A DNA stretch of 61,499 bases, filler included, from Piptocephalis cylindrospora (taxonomy: Eukaryota), in NCBI GenBank assembly GCA_003614145.1. It is 3 parts of 3 records of this genome, joined end to end, with 100 filler letters (N's around TTAATTAATTAA, not from the genome) between each part and the next. Parts side by side here need not be neighbours in the genome. Positions count along the whole stretch, not along the records: positions 20,682 to 41,244 come from KZ987816.1; positions 41,345 to 61,499 come from KZ987817.1; 1 more part is not named here. One strand, 5' to 3'. Of the stretch, positions 35,989 through 49,637 are shown piece by piece (positions within the stretch are counted from its first letter, which is position 1; each line of letters starts with the position of its first letter). A program made the translations under genes and the position numbers. The notes under the pieces are model-generated. The model worked only from the letters and a program-made list of their open reading frames with translations. It was not told where the DNA came from and searched no databases.

Positions 35989-36791
35989 ATGTCGAAGCAA
36001 GCCCCTTCTAAGTTTCGTGAGCTTTTGCGTCGGTCCATGGCCAAGGCGTTGGATAGGACCAGTAAAGGTAAGTGCCTTTCCTGTAGACCTAGCCTATCTA
36101 ACCTCGTCTCATGCCATGTTTATCAGGTATTCGAATGGAGATCCCGGCGGAAAAGGAAGGGGGAGAAATGCTCGTACCACTGACCCAGCCAGGAGACAGT
36201 CGGCATATGCGGATTGGTTCGGACAGAGATATTGGAGGGCATTCGTGGGCCAGATTACGCGATCCTACGCCAGACATGCCGTACACGACATTTCATGGTC
36301 GTACGTCTCATCTCCTACCGAGAGACCGACCGGATGTGGCGCGGGTAGGGTATGCGGCGTTCCGGTCACCGGACCCCGAGATGAACTTGTTTGGACGAGA
36401 TTACTGGGATACTGGTCTGTATCGATATTTGAGTATCCGTGCACGACTGCCCAAGGACGCGCCGGTTCGACGGTTCATGGTGAATGTTCAGACGGCAGGG
36501 ATCGTGAAGACAGATCTCTTCCAGCATCGACTGTACTTAAAAACGCCTCGGCCAGGACAGGGTGGGGACGGGTGGCAGGATGTCCATATTCCCTGGGCGT
36601 CCTTTGTTTTAACAAACAATGGACGGGTCCTCTCTCAGCAGATGACGATGCTCCGGGAGCGCGTACGCTCGGTGGGAATCTCGGTGGCGGATGGTCCGAC
36701 CGTGGAGGGGCTCTTTGCCCTTGATATTGCCTGGTTCCGCATGTGGAACTCTCCTGTATCACTTGGAGATAGCGAGCGCATTTACTTTTAA
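35989..36791 (+). CDS. CIA30: Complex I intermediate-associated protein 30 (NDUFAF1/CIA30), 2 exons
   Basis: MSKQAPSKFRELLRRS../..IGSDRDIGGHS..RVGYAAFRS..FGRDYWD..YLSIRAR..FMVNVQT..DLFQHRL..WQDVHIPWASFVLTNNG..VRSVGISV..GLFALDI. Confidence 0.92.
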
Positions 36792-37141
36792 TCTCCCAGC
36801 GGGATAAAAGAGGATGTGTAGAATAGATCTGGATTGCCATCATCATGGGTATGTGGATGAGGGAGGGGAGGAGAAGTAGAATGCAAGGTCTACAGATCAG
36901 AGGCGATCACGTCTGGACAAATAGGGTGTATTTCAAAGACCAAAAAATATAGAGAATATATCCTATACCCATTCCCAATGCATCTCTCCGTGACGACAGG
37001 ATGGCCATGCTGCATGAGTATTTCCCGGTAAAAAAGACCAAGCAATGGAGAAAGTGTATCTTATACCCATTCTCGAGGGGTCTTCGCATCATGGAAGAAC
37101 AGTGGCACACGTAGATCCTGAAGACAAAGATCACGTTCTCT

Positions 37142-39205
37142 CTATCTTCCACCGGCCTTGCGTAGGCCGGACCCGGCCAGGCGCTTGGCAACCTTGTCGG
37201 TGCTCTCGGGAGCCCGCTTGCTTCGATTACGGTTCTTGACGTTGGCAGACTCGTAGTAATGAGTGCCGACTTTGCCCTTGTTTGTGGTCATGCGAGTGCT
37301 ACGACGGAGAGGAGCTGGGGAGTCTCCAGAGCCTTTAGTGGCCGTCTGATCCTCGTCTTCATCCTCCAAGGCTTCCAAGGCCTTGTTGATATCAACAGGA
37401 GGAGCCTCCTCTGGAACCTCACCCAGCTCATTGACCTCTTCCCCAACCACACTCTCAAAGACCTCATCCCAATCTGGGGTCTCCGTCGCTGGGGCGGGGT
37501 TTTTAGCCTTTGTCTTTGCCTTGGTCTTAGGTTTGGACATCTTCTCCTCCTCATCATCAGTCAATATCTCATCCTGAACTTCATTGCCGGGCATAGCCTC
37601 CCTGGCCTGACGGATGGAAGCTTCTCGCTCCTCGACGGAAAGATCATCAGGGAAAAATTGAGTAGCCACGGGGATCTTGGAAAAGTGCTGTTCAACACCC
37701 ATGGCAGCGGTCTTGTCAGCCTCCTCCTCAAGATCAGCACCTTCGGTGGTAGGGGGAGGGACAAAGTAGGGGATTTTCCCGCGAAGCCAATCGTTCAGGA
37801 CCATCTTGGCAACGGTACTGATATCGGGTTCACCACCCTTCAGGAGCTTGCCGGAGCGCTTGGCCACTTGGGCAAGAAAGTCAATGTGATCCTCCCAACC
37901 ACGGAGACCATAGGTACGACGGATGTACTCGGGACGGACACGATCCAGGAGCTGGACAATGTGATCCTCAGGGATCTTGAGGTTCTCAACACGGATGACG
38001 CCCTTGAGGACAATGTCGGTCTCGGTATCCTCAGGCTCGGGGTGAACGACACCGGGGCAATCGATGAGGTAAATACGCTTCATGAGGGTGATGTACTGCC
38101 AGACTTTGGTCTCTCCAGGGATGGGGGCGACGGTGCAAACCTTCTTCTTACGCAGAGTGTTGATGATGGAGGATTTGCCGGTGTTGGGGTAGCCGATGAG
38201 GCCGACGGAGATTTGCTTCTTGTCCGAATGAAGCTTAGCGAATTGACGGAGGAGCTGGATGAGAGAGCCCTTACCGAAGCTGTTGTTGACACTGGCGTGG
38301 AAGGCGAGGGTGGGATACTCGGCCGAGAGGGTGCGGACCCACTTGGCCGTGACCCAGGTGGGGACAAGATCGCACTTGTTGAGGACGAAAATGAGGTGCT
38401 TGTGCTTGGCCTCCTTACCCAAGTAGGTCTCGACGTTGCGACAACGGGTACCCAGGGGATTACGGGCATCGAGGACGTGGATGATGACGTCGGAGGAGTC
38501 AATGACCTTGTAGAGCTCACTCCAGATACGCTTGGATTGGCCCTTGAGGTAGACAGCCTCCTTGGCCTCGTCACTGTAATCGGTGATGATGTTGGAGAGG
38601 AGATTGGTGTCCTTGGCAACATCATAGCCGATGACGCCCTCCTCCACTGTGCTGGCCATTTCAGCGAGATTCTCCATGAGAACCTTTGGCTTTTTCCTCT
38701 GGGCCTTTGGGCCAAAGGTCTTTCCAAAGGATTCCGTCTCTAGCATATGGACTTTAGAGGTCTATCGGGGAATGGTGAGACGTGAGCATGGGAAGAAAGG
38801 GAAGGTGGGGTGGGGCAGAGCTAAATCTACCTTGGTGGGATCGGTCAGGAGACTCATGGGGAGTTTGTTGGCGCGAAGAAGGACCTGGTAGGGGTCATTG
38901 ACCTTCTTGCCCATGGCCTCACGAAAGTCCTCGAGGGCCTTTTGACCAATGATGCGAGTGTTGCCAAACCATTTGCGGTTAGGCTCGACACGAACGACGG
39001 GGGCGACCTCACGGGACTGGAAGGCGGCAGCCTTGATAATCTTACCGTCCCTGTCCCGGGTGGCTTTGCCACTCTGGAGCATATTAACAAACTTTGCCTT
39101 TTTGCCATCGCGGTAAAAGTTCTCGCCCTTGACGCGAGTACCATAGGGGCGGTCGGTGGTGTTTTGGGCCCTGGTGGAGTTGCGCTCTTTCTTGGCTTGA
39201 CCCAT
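37142..39205 (-). CDS. NOG2: Nucleolar GTP-binding protein 2 (circularly permuted GTPase, 60S biogenesis), 2 exons
   Basis: [69 protein letters not shown]; a ~70-nt intron lies near 38762-38831. Confidence 0.98.
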
Positions 39206-41244
39206 GATGAGAAGAGATGTAGTGAAGGAGGAGGAGAAGTGATGAAGAGAGGCAAGGAGTGCGAGACAAGTGGGAAGCAGTGATCTTGACGGTGTGCAAG
39301 AGTGTGATATGTGGGTGGAGGACGGAGTGTTGGTGGTGGTGGTTGGAGGTCTGACTTTTTTTTCTCCAAGTCTCTTTCTCTCCGTCTTTGGTGGGGGGTT
39401 GGTGGTACCAGCCATTCTTTTTTTCTTGTGGAGAGAGTATGAGCAGTATGCGAGCAGTGCGTATGCGATAAGACAGTGTGGGTTTGCAGCGTGGCAGTGT
39501 ATGTGCAGTAAAACAGCAGTGCAATAGCTGTCCATATCAGGCTAGATATGGGAGATGGAATGGGCGGGGCTGATATAACCTGGAGATGTAGTATGGGAAT
39601 TCTACTTAAGGGAGGGAAGGTAGATATAAGTAAATCGGATGATTTTGCTCACATCAAGGATGCTTCGTTACAATGGAGGGTTGGTTGGTTAAGGGTAGGG
39701 TCTATTCATGCAAACACCTCACTTCAGATCGGTGGGATCATAGCAAAACAGGGAATAGGATTATCCCTGATCATCCTGCTACATTTACAGATGGGGAGGG
39801 GGTGTTTGGATTAAACGCCGGCCAATGCACCTCCCCAGGCAGCATCCACAGGGATGCTTGATCGATGTCGTCTTGCTGGAAAGGTGGGGGAGCCCCCTCG
39901 ACCATGGATGAGTGGAGGGGTAGAGAATGGAGGGGTGGAGATAAGGCTGGGGCTGGGGAGGGAGGAGGAGCTCATGTCGGTCAGGTCCAATTGTTGCTGC
40001 TGTGCCGACTGTTGAGCCCTCCAAGCAACGCAGCAGGCACACATCTTGATCCGGGAGGAGGAGGGGGAAATGGCTGATGAGGGAAGCTCCATGATGTCTG
40101 AGATGAGGAAGGGCTGGGTAAGGGATAAGGTGTAAGGGGTGGGATGGTATGATATGAGATGGAGGTGGATTTTCTCAACATATAAATGTCTATTTATCTT
40201 CTCCCCAGTCCACCTTTCCTCCAAGCTCATGGACTGAGAAAGCAACATTGAAATGACTCTGAGGAAGATGTCAGACGACTTGCACGTGCAAATGAATACG
40301 AAGAAGAGGTAATCTGAAGGTGCACATGAACATTCATAGGATCCCAAGGAGATGGAGTGAGCTTTGGAAGGACCGGGGAGGGGGGCCTGACGTCTCGGTC
40401 TCTCTATGCACTCATCCCTCATGCTATCATAGCCCTCTCCACCCCCCTTACTGTACCACCATCAAGCCCCTTCTCAGCACACTCCATCCCCCAACCCAGG
40501 TTCATTGATCCCCCGTGTTGTTGTCACCCAGGAGGGGAAGGTATGTATGGTGGTGTTTTCCGTGGTGGCGCCAATGTGTAAAAAGAACCCTTCCTGCAAG
40601 CGTACAGAGGCCATGTGAGCAGACACGAGAGACGTTCATCCATTTCTATAATGCGTCACCCGGCCTCCTCTACCATGTCAAGTCTCCCTTGATTTCAAGG
40701 AAAGGGAAGGGAGGGGAGCTAGGACGTGTGGACGGATGTAGCCCCCTTTCTTCTCTTCTTTGATGTCACACCGCTTGGAAGGCTAGGCACGGTGGCATGG
40801 GGGGAGTGGATGAAGACGAGATGTGTGTCCCATATGGATTCTCTTTCATCATCTTTCTATAGTGAGGAGAGATGACCTGGTCAGCAGACTGATCCAGCAC
40901 TGATACATCCCCCGTTCATTATGATATGTGGTTGGAATGGGAGCATTCAATCTCCTTCCTCTATCGGTGGCGGTATGTGAATGAATGAGAGCAAGAGACT
41001 GGAGGATGGAGATTTTGATCGTGTTAGAGGACCCTGCAGGATGGGAAATGGAGATGGTTGGGCTGATCGGGCCAATCGGCGCCCCTCGCTCCGATTCCAT
41101 GTCCATCGTATTCCCCGACATGAAAGGAAAACGCACACATTACTCTCACCATCTTGATATAGCATGACACTGAAAATAATGATAATAATAATAAAACTCT
41201 ATCATCATAAGCAGATTGTATGCGGATAGGCTTTACTTTCAAAG

Positions 41245-41344
41245 NNNNNNNNNNNNNNNNNNNNNNNNNNNNNNNNNNNNNNNNNNNNTTAATTAATTAA
41301 NNNNNNNNNNNNNNNNNNNNNNNNNNNNNNNNNNNNNNNNNNNN
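41245..41344. other. Artificial contig-joining spacer (N44-TTAATTAATTAA-N44)
   Basis: Identical in design to 20582-20681. Confidence 0.97.
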
Positions 41345-44300
41345 GGGGTGTAGTCAGAAAAGTGCCATTAAATCCATCATCCGTTTATCAAGAAAGAAAA
41401 GACCAAGGTCACTCACCAACCAGCCTTCAGATAATCGAGAGCAATTCCATAGGGGTCAAAATCACCCGCATCGTGCAATCGACCACTGCTACATCCGATG
41501 AGAAGGACCGCGGATTCGCATACAAGATGTCGGAGCTCTGTTTCAGGAACATAGCTCTCTGCTCCCCCATGCCCAAAATAGAGGAAGAGACCAGGACGTT
41601 TTAACATCTCGGCTATCCTTCCAGCCGGAGGTGCTCTCCCAATAGTACCTTCCCATTCGGATCGAGAGAGGAGCAGGGGACGAAATGTTTTTTCGGTGTG
41701 CCGAAGGTCTCCTGCTGGGTTTACAACATAGTAACCATCCCTAGTGGGGATGACCCGGGAATACTTGGGGGAAGAGGGGCTCTCTAACCAGTGAGACAGA
41801 GAAGATTGGGAACCAATGTGCCGTTGAAAAAGGTGCATGGATGGGAGCCGACATACCATCCTTCCCCGGAGGCAAGGGATGCTCTCCCAGGGAAAGCGTT
41901 GGAGATACTTATCCAAGATAAGGATGATAGGAGTATCCGTATTAAAATTCACATTCTTTCGAGGGGTTACAGATCGAAGTGTTGTTCTAATAGTTTTTCC
42001 TAGCTGTCTCAGGAAGAGGATATTAAAAGTAATAGGGAAATGAGCGATAGACTTGTCTATACATCAATTACTCTGCCAGAAAACATCACATTTCACTCAA
42101 CCGTACCTCTTCTAGATCCAACTCGTCATATGCAATGGACATTCCCTGGAAGGTGCACGCGTCTAGGAGATAGTAAAGAACGTCATCCATGTCAGCCTCT
42201 CCCAGATCATGGGCAGAATTGATGAGAGAGGTGAGAAGAAGGGGTGAAAGGCTGATGTTCCGCACATCCCAGTCGCCATCCCTTGAACGACGGACATTCC
42301 GCGATCCCTTGGAACGTCCAGTTTTAGTTTGGATGGCCTGATGAAGAATGGACAGTATCCTTTCCTCAATTCCCTCTAATTTCTGAGCGCATAGAGGAGA
42401 AGGTGTAGTAAGAAGACCCTTGAATCCTCCAATCCATAAAGATTCTATACGATTCAGAAGGGTGCGAAGGCGTTCGTCTAGGGCACGTCGTAATTCCCAC
42501 CACCGGGCTCTTTCCTCCCGGGACATTGTAGGAGGGCCATGCAAGCTTCCCTCAACGCCCACAGATTCTGATGCAGGAGGGACCATCCCCGCGGTCGTTT
42601 CCCCACTCTCTTCCAGGATGCTCTCGAGTTCTTTCCGCGCTACATCATAGGTGAACTCAAGTTCCTCTCCTTCAGACCTACTTACGTTTCTTCTAAGGGC
42701 CTGGCGTCGAAGAGGAAGGCGTAAAAGAACATTATCCTCCCCGCCACATCCATCCTCCATCCTATCCGCCCTAGGAGTTGATGGGGCCCCATATAATTGG
42801 TTGCCACGTAAACGGCTCCAGTAAATGTCCTGGCGCTCAGGATCAAGACTCAAAGAGCACACAATCCACCCATCCGGGACTGACCAGTCCTGCATACTCT
42901 GGATTTCGGATGATGATGCACAATCCGAACGGATTGAAGGTTGGGAGCAGAGACTAGATAGGGTCTTTGCTAGCCCTCGATCCTTTTGGGTACTCCCTTC
43001 CAATTGTCTCCAAAGCGAAGGCGCCTTCCCTGCTTCCAGTGACCTCAGGGCCGCCTTAACTCCTTGACTTGGGCCGCCATTATTCAGAACAGGGAGGGAG
43101 GCATAAAGTATTTCTACCCAACCCAAGTCATATCCAATCTTCTGCAAGAGTTCTGGATGAGCCATGTCCTTGGCACGGTTAAAGGCCTCAACCAGGCCCT
43201 TAGAGGCCTCCAGACATTTGATTACGGTCTCGGTCAACGCAGTTCCCAGCCGGTGGTGTCCATTAAGCGATTTAGGAAAAGCTATTAAGCCATAAGAAAA
43301 GACTGATGAAGCGACAGGATCGAGGGGCATATGAGCATTAAAAAAAAGAAGATAGTCTCAATCTTACTCACCTGACTCTTCCAACATCCAGAGGATACTT
43401 CCAGGGAGTTTTTTCCCAGCAGAAATGTTGCACAATTGAAGGTGCGCAAGCGTATAGTAATACATCTAGCATTACGATTGCATAGGGGAAATAAAAGTTA
43501 AGGTGCGGAAAAAGAAGCTATTATCACCCCAGAAACTTACATAGTTCTTAGTTTTGTGAAGGATAGCCCCCTTCGCCGTGTCACTATGCTCGACACATTG
43601 AAGTTCCAGATTAGAGAGGAGCTTTAAGAAGGCATCTTGAGGAGGTATCATCTCATCCGGATCTATAAGTATCACATTTTGATCTTCCCCAGTCGCTTCT
43701 TGAAAGCGGCCCTGGACTAAGCCTACAAGAAGAGGTGAATTTTTGAGTGAGATGATGCTAGCCCCAAGCCAGCATTAAGCCAAGTATACATAGCATATGA
43801 GATACATCCAATAAAAGCCTTAGTGGATAAGTGAGCACATTCAAAAAAAGGACCTTACCCCACTGATAAGCAGCCTCTTGCTTTAACGCTTGAATCCAGA
43901 ATGTGGGCGGCACTGCAGTGCCCGTCAATTCTCCCAGGCTAAGCCTTGCGGCCGATACATCCTCGTTTTTGGGGGTCTCTTGGATAGGATGAAAATTAAG
44001 GACACCTTCGAGATCCTTCATGGCTTCCGTCAATCGTCTTTCCCGCACAAGATTAGAACCTCGCGCCAGGCGGAGAGAGACAAAACGCTCACCACCACTA
44101 CCTGCCTCTTCGTTTCTCCGCGTCCTTTCTTCAAGAATGCAAAGAGATTCCCATCCTTCTTCCCAGGAGTTCCTTTGAAAGTGGCCCTGAGAAGCCACAA
44201 GCATCATGGGAAATGTCGTTCTTGGGCCAATTACTGGTAGCCATTCCTCAGCAAGAAGAGTCCCTCGCTTGGCAAAGTAATCGCTCTCCCGAGAGCACCC

Positions 44301-47300
44301 AAGTCGTTGATAGCATTCCACCATAATAGTACAAGCTCGTATAAGAGACTATTATTAAGGAGGGTAGATTAGCTTACAAAATGATTATTTCCCCCCAAGT
44401 CCCTGCTGCAATTCTAATGAATAAGGAATGGAATGGACACTCAAGACACCTCAGTTATCCCTTTATCCGCCTGCTTACTGTGATACGTGAAAGATAATTG
44501 GACAAGTAGCTTCCCCCTAGAAATAGGCAAGTTTTGTCCTTGCTAAGTAAAGAATCCAGTTCGCTCACATTCAGCTCCTTCAAGAGAGACTTCACAATGA
44601 TCAAACTCTTATGCAACCCCATTTGCAAGTGTCCCTAAAAGAATGGTAAAAAAAAACTTGAATAAGGGACTAGTCACCCTATGACTGGGGAAATCATGAA
44701 GACTATTATCAGAGCCTCCAGAATTATTACTTACTTGATCCAAGAGGTATCTGGTCAGAGTGATGTGCATATCGTGGAAGGCTGGGTAGGTGAATTGAGC
44801 ACCTTGATTCGTGTCTTCATCCAATTCAGAGGCCATCTTGCCCACTAGTATATCACTGGATGAATTGTTAGATGAGGAGGATTTAGTATAGTCACTTAAG
44901 TCAACAAATACCCTCTGAGGTCTGGGGCCTTCCACCCCATCTTATCCACAATCAGGGGAGTATAATGATTCAAGACAGACTTACAAAGATTTCCGATCCT
45001 GCAGTTGCTCGTGGCAGATAAGCTTTTCAGCCAAGATAGCCATCTTCGCCTCCCTGACCAATGAGTTGGCCGGGACACTAGGACATCCTCGATCCAGGGC
45101 ATAGCTGAGAACCTGTAAAGCCTCCTGCGGACGATGGTCATCCATGTAAAGATGGGCGAGAGATTTACTAGCCAAAAGAAAATCTAGGTCATTTCCAGAC
45201 ATGTGTAAGTTTGTAGCAGTATGTTTTAAGAATCGAAAGAAGGGGAAACGATCTGATGGCCCCTTCTAATGACCATATCTTCAAAAGGTGTATAAAAAAA
45301 AGAGGTACATACCTGGGATAGAAAGAAGGAGCGTGTTTTGAGAAGCAGGATGCGCCAGTTTAATGGCGTAGATAAGGATATCTTCAGCCATTTGTCGTAA
45401 GTCTTTCCCCGATCGAGTGAAAATAATAGCAAAGGTACCTGTCCCGAATTCAAAGAGAAACCGTGAGAATAAGGGATTACGCACTATCCTTCTTCAGATT
45501 ACCGCTCTTCTCAATACAAATGATTGACAAAGTCGACAGTATTATTCTCCGCCGCACGAACCTTCAACTTACAAATGGAATGGAATACACTTGGCAGGGA
45601 AAGAAAAGCAGGGTAGGCGGGAAACATGCTCTGGGTCCCAGGGTCTACATCCGTGAGTGAAAACGAGGTGATTAAAAGAGAGCAGTAAGTGATTATTCCG
45701 GCGGTATAATGATTAAATTTACATAAAACCCCTATTCAGATACCAACCAACCTTTCGGAGCACTATTTGATAAAAATTCCAAGATCCGGATCCAAAGTCT
45801 CATCGCCTTTTCCGAATTCATTATCGACTGATCCGTCCACCCAAGCTTCCCAAGGGAGGCACTCGCCATGTGGGCATATGCAAGAGCTGTGGAAGAAGTG
45901 AGAACATTGGGAGATTGAGCGGAAGATTGGTGGATGGAGAGTTGGGTGACTTGGAGAAGGGATCTTTGGCATTCATCCAACTTTTTTGCGGAGAAAGCCT
46001 CAAGGAGGTAGAGAGAAGCCTGATCCAAGGGAGAAGGATCCTCTTTGATAAGTCGATTTAGTATATGCTGACAAACAGCCATCCCTTCCTCTACAACGCT
46101 GCTCAAGCGAGGGTGATGATGTTGCAGTTGATCAAGGGAGGCCATTTCCATGTAGAGCAGCAGCCTTCGGTCTGATGTCGTCAAGGAAACCGCTTCCTCC
46201 GAGATAAACGAGCCAAAAGGGAGCGAATAGGATTCAATTCCTTGCTGTCGATAACGAAGAATGGACCAGCGGAGTAGGATAGATTCCAAAGCTTCAATCG
46301 TCCCCGTCGCGCCGTACTCTAAAATCATGACTAAATGATGGAAACACCGACCATAGCACCTTGCCGCTTCCTATACCCAAGGAAATAGAAAGAACGAGGT
46401 AGGTGGTTAAAAGACCGGTATGACTAAGGGATCTATCACAAGCCAACCTTGCTAATGGTAAGATACCTCACTATGAATACTAACCTTGAATGCCCTTCGT
46501 CTCTCATATCCATATCCCAGACACTCCCATAGCCGTGCTATCCGGTACCGGGGATCTACAGTAGTTGACGAGGATGTGCATGGAGCCCTTCGAATAACTC
46601 GGTCGATTCGCTCTACCGTCCGATCTACCCAATCTAATCCCCCGCAAGAGCCAGCATAAACATCGCAGGGCCCATCCGGAACTTTCCCTACGAGATGGCT
46701 GAGTCGAGAGCACAAGAAAGTAAAAGCCTCTAACCCTTCTGGGTCATGCGCATAGGAGAGGGAAAAGGCATCTTCCAAGGCAGAGGAAATGGGATAGCTA
46801 GCCTTATGGACGAAGGCTAACTCGACTCTGTGAAGAAGGAGATCAACTAACAGCTTGGTCGATCGAGCGTCCTTGCATGGCTTTAGGATAGGAAAATGAA
46901 TGAATGAGTTGGATAAAATTCGTATCCTTATTCCTTATTCGGAAAAACACTAAATGACACAAGTCCAAGCACTCTTACCGAACAAGATCGATACAACTTT
47001 TTCCATAGATGAACTAGGCCAAAGGCTCCATCTCGGGGTACGTCAAGATGCACATCATTGGATGTACCCTCAGACACGGAAATTTCATCCATTGGGAGAA
47101 GATGATGACGAAGGGCCTGAGAGTAAATACTGACCATGCAGGCCAACTGAGGCTCAAGAAGCGAGACAAGGCTTTTCAGGGATACCTTACTCTTAACCAA
47201 TGCATAGGTGGCAGTCATTGCATCTTTGATGCATTGGTCCGTGCGACTTCCTTGATCAACCGCTTCCAATGAAGAGGGAAAGAGACAGAAAAGGTGTAAA

Positions 47301-49150
47301 GAGGCATTTTGAATATACGCTAATACCTGGTGACTATGAAGGATACTTTTGGAGTCATTTAGTGCAAAAGAACTTTGCAAGGCTCTTAATAATTCTTGCA
47401 TCGTCTCAAAGGCGCTCCATCGGCCATTCTAAGATGAGTTTTCATTAAGGGGAAGATTGTAGAAAAGGCGTTAGAGGTACTAAAGCGAACATCAGGCCTT
47501 ATACCTTCCTTGTATTCAACCAATTATCAATTGCTTACTTTAATTGCCAAGGAGAGCTGATGATAGGCAAAAGCAATAACATGCTCTAAAGAATCTCTTT
47601 TTCCCTGGGGTAGGCAATACCGGGGTCGAATGTATGATATTACCCGATTATAAAAATGTTGAATGGAGCTCTCTGTTGCTACTTATAGAATATTGTTTCC
47701 CAAAGGGCATAGGAAAGGTGAGTGTCGAAAAAATGAGGACGCAGGATCAGGATTTCCAAGGATACCACACCCCCAGAAATCTTCAATAGTACCCTTACAA
47801 TGACATGCTTTTTTGTGCCTCCTTGACCATTTTTCATACTGTTTTCCAGCTTTCAACGCATTGTGGCATATGGAATCCATCAATGCATTATCCACTTCAG
47901 ATAGGGTCATGAGGCGGATGGAGAGGAGGTGAAGGGTCAATGGGCCATCGCGTGGAGTGTAATCTACAGAGGAAAAATGGTCAATGCAAATTGTCTATAG
48001 TACATTCAACAGGAATACAGGTTAAATAGAAATAAAAAGAGAAAAAGAGGGCCTTACCTTGGATCATCCACTTTGATGCCCAGGTACGGAGAAGGGACCC
48101 AAGAAGGGACTCTAATCGTTCACACCTTGCTTTCTCTAGGAAGGCCAATCGTCCTAACCAACTCAGGAGGGACTGAATGACCTTATCATCCAGCCAGACT
48201 TCCATGTCCTATAAATAATAATGTGACCCAAAAGCAGGACATTAAGTTTTGAATGAAACTTTTGGTGAGCAAGATTAAGTATGGAAATATCTTTCTCGTA
48301 CGTATCACTCACCGCATTCGGAAGCATTTCTGGATCCATGAGTGTCCGAGAAAGAATCCTCAGGGAATTATACATGAGGGTAACGATAAGGGTTGCGATG
48401 GTCCTTTCAGCCGCGGAGTACAACGTGGTCTTTTTAACATTGACTACCAGGGGGAATTGCAAAAGACCAATGGCCTTTTCAGATAGCTCAGAGATGGAAA
48501 TTGCCAAAGGTGACCATGGTGATGTAGCCAGAGAGGAGGAGCGGTGACCGATTGATGATGATGAGAGGCGAGATTTCCCAGAGAGGAGGAGATGCAAATG
48601 ATCCCGTTGAAGAGATAGCTGGTGTAATCCTTCTTGGACCTACCAACAACACAAACAGAACATGAGATTGAGATTGAGATATGATGCGCAGTAACACATT
48701 ACACCCCACTCTATTCCTTCATCCATATAAAGACCTTACCAAACCCATGTCGATAAAGCGGGTACAAAGGTTGGACCGTAACTTACACACCTCCACCAGC
48801 CCAGTCCGAGAGGTGGACTGAGGATGGGATATGGATCGCTCCAAGGCATACATAGCCATTTGCGCAATTTCCCCGGCATAGGATGTCGCGTCCTTCTCAT
48901 CGTCAGTCAGGCTTCCAAGGAAATTAGATGTGGCTTGAACCACAGCAAAGGCATCATTGGCCCGGGAGGGGCCAGGCGCACGGTTCATGGAGGCTCGACG
49001 CCCAACAAGGATGTTCTTTCCCAAGGTGGTTGATGAGGATTCTGGGAAGAGAAAGCGGAAGACGCGCTGCACCAGATCTTGATCATAAGCAGAGGGAAGG
49101 ATCAGCTGGGCCAGCAAGACCCCTCGCTCCCCTCCATCAGCAGGTTTCAT
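41345..49150 (-). CDS. ESP1: Separase (peptidase C50), many exons; last exon(s) lost at contig edge
   Basis: C-terminal domain: WWELRRALDERLRTLLNRIESLWIGGFKG; ILILDKYLQRFPWESIPCL..RLPS; YYVVNPAGDL; catalytic LYFGHGG and LIGCSSG. The long helical N-terminal exons from MKPADGGERG (ATG 49150) are inferred to belong to the same gene. Confidence 0.9.
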
Positions 49151-49637
49151 CGTGGAGATCAGCTGAAAAGAATGGGTGCAGCGGTTTTCTGTGATCCCTT
49201 TACAAAGAAACAAAGGGTAAAGGACGGTGTACAAGAAGGGTCGGCCAGAAAGGATGACGCAGTTAAGAAGGAGGATAAATGAGAAGAATGGTCCTCATCA
49301 ATACAAGAGGGGGAGCGGAGTGGGCTCGTGAATTAACGAGGCATGTCCTGGACAGACAAGAGTACGGTGTTGGCCACACGTGCGGAATATGCATATTTCC
49401 GGAGATTTTCACTTGGGGAAGGGAGGATGGGCCAACTTGGAACTTGCCATCCAATATAAATTGCCTGGCTATACCCCCACATATCCTAGGCCTACCCCGT
49501 TCATATTCTACCAAACCTCTTACCCAAACCCTCGATCCTTGAGCCAGTGCCCCCCCAACCAAAGCCTTTGTGCCTTAACGAACATCTCTTTTCTCCCGCT
49601 CTACTCGAATCAAAGTAACCAAACTACGCTAACGACT

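Noticed and set aside
37259..38743. 494-aa plus-strand ORF
   Set aside because: Antisense to highly codon-biased NOG2; a typical artefact.
38762..38831. Intronic snoRNA in NOG2 (yeast NOG2 hosts snR191)
   Set aside because: The intron is only ~70 nt, too short for an H/ACA snoRNA.
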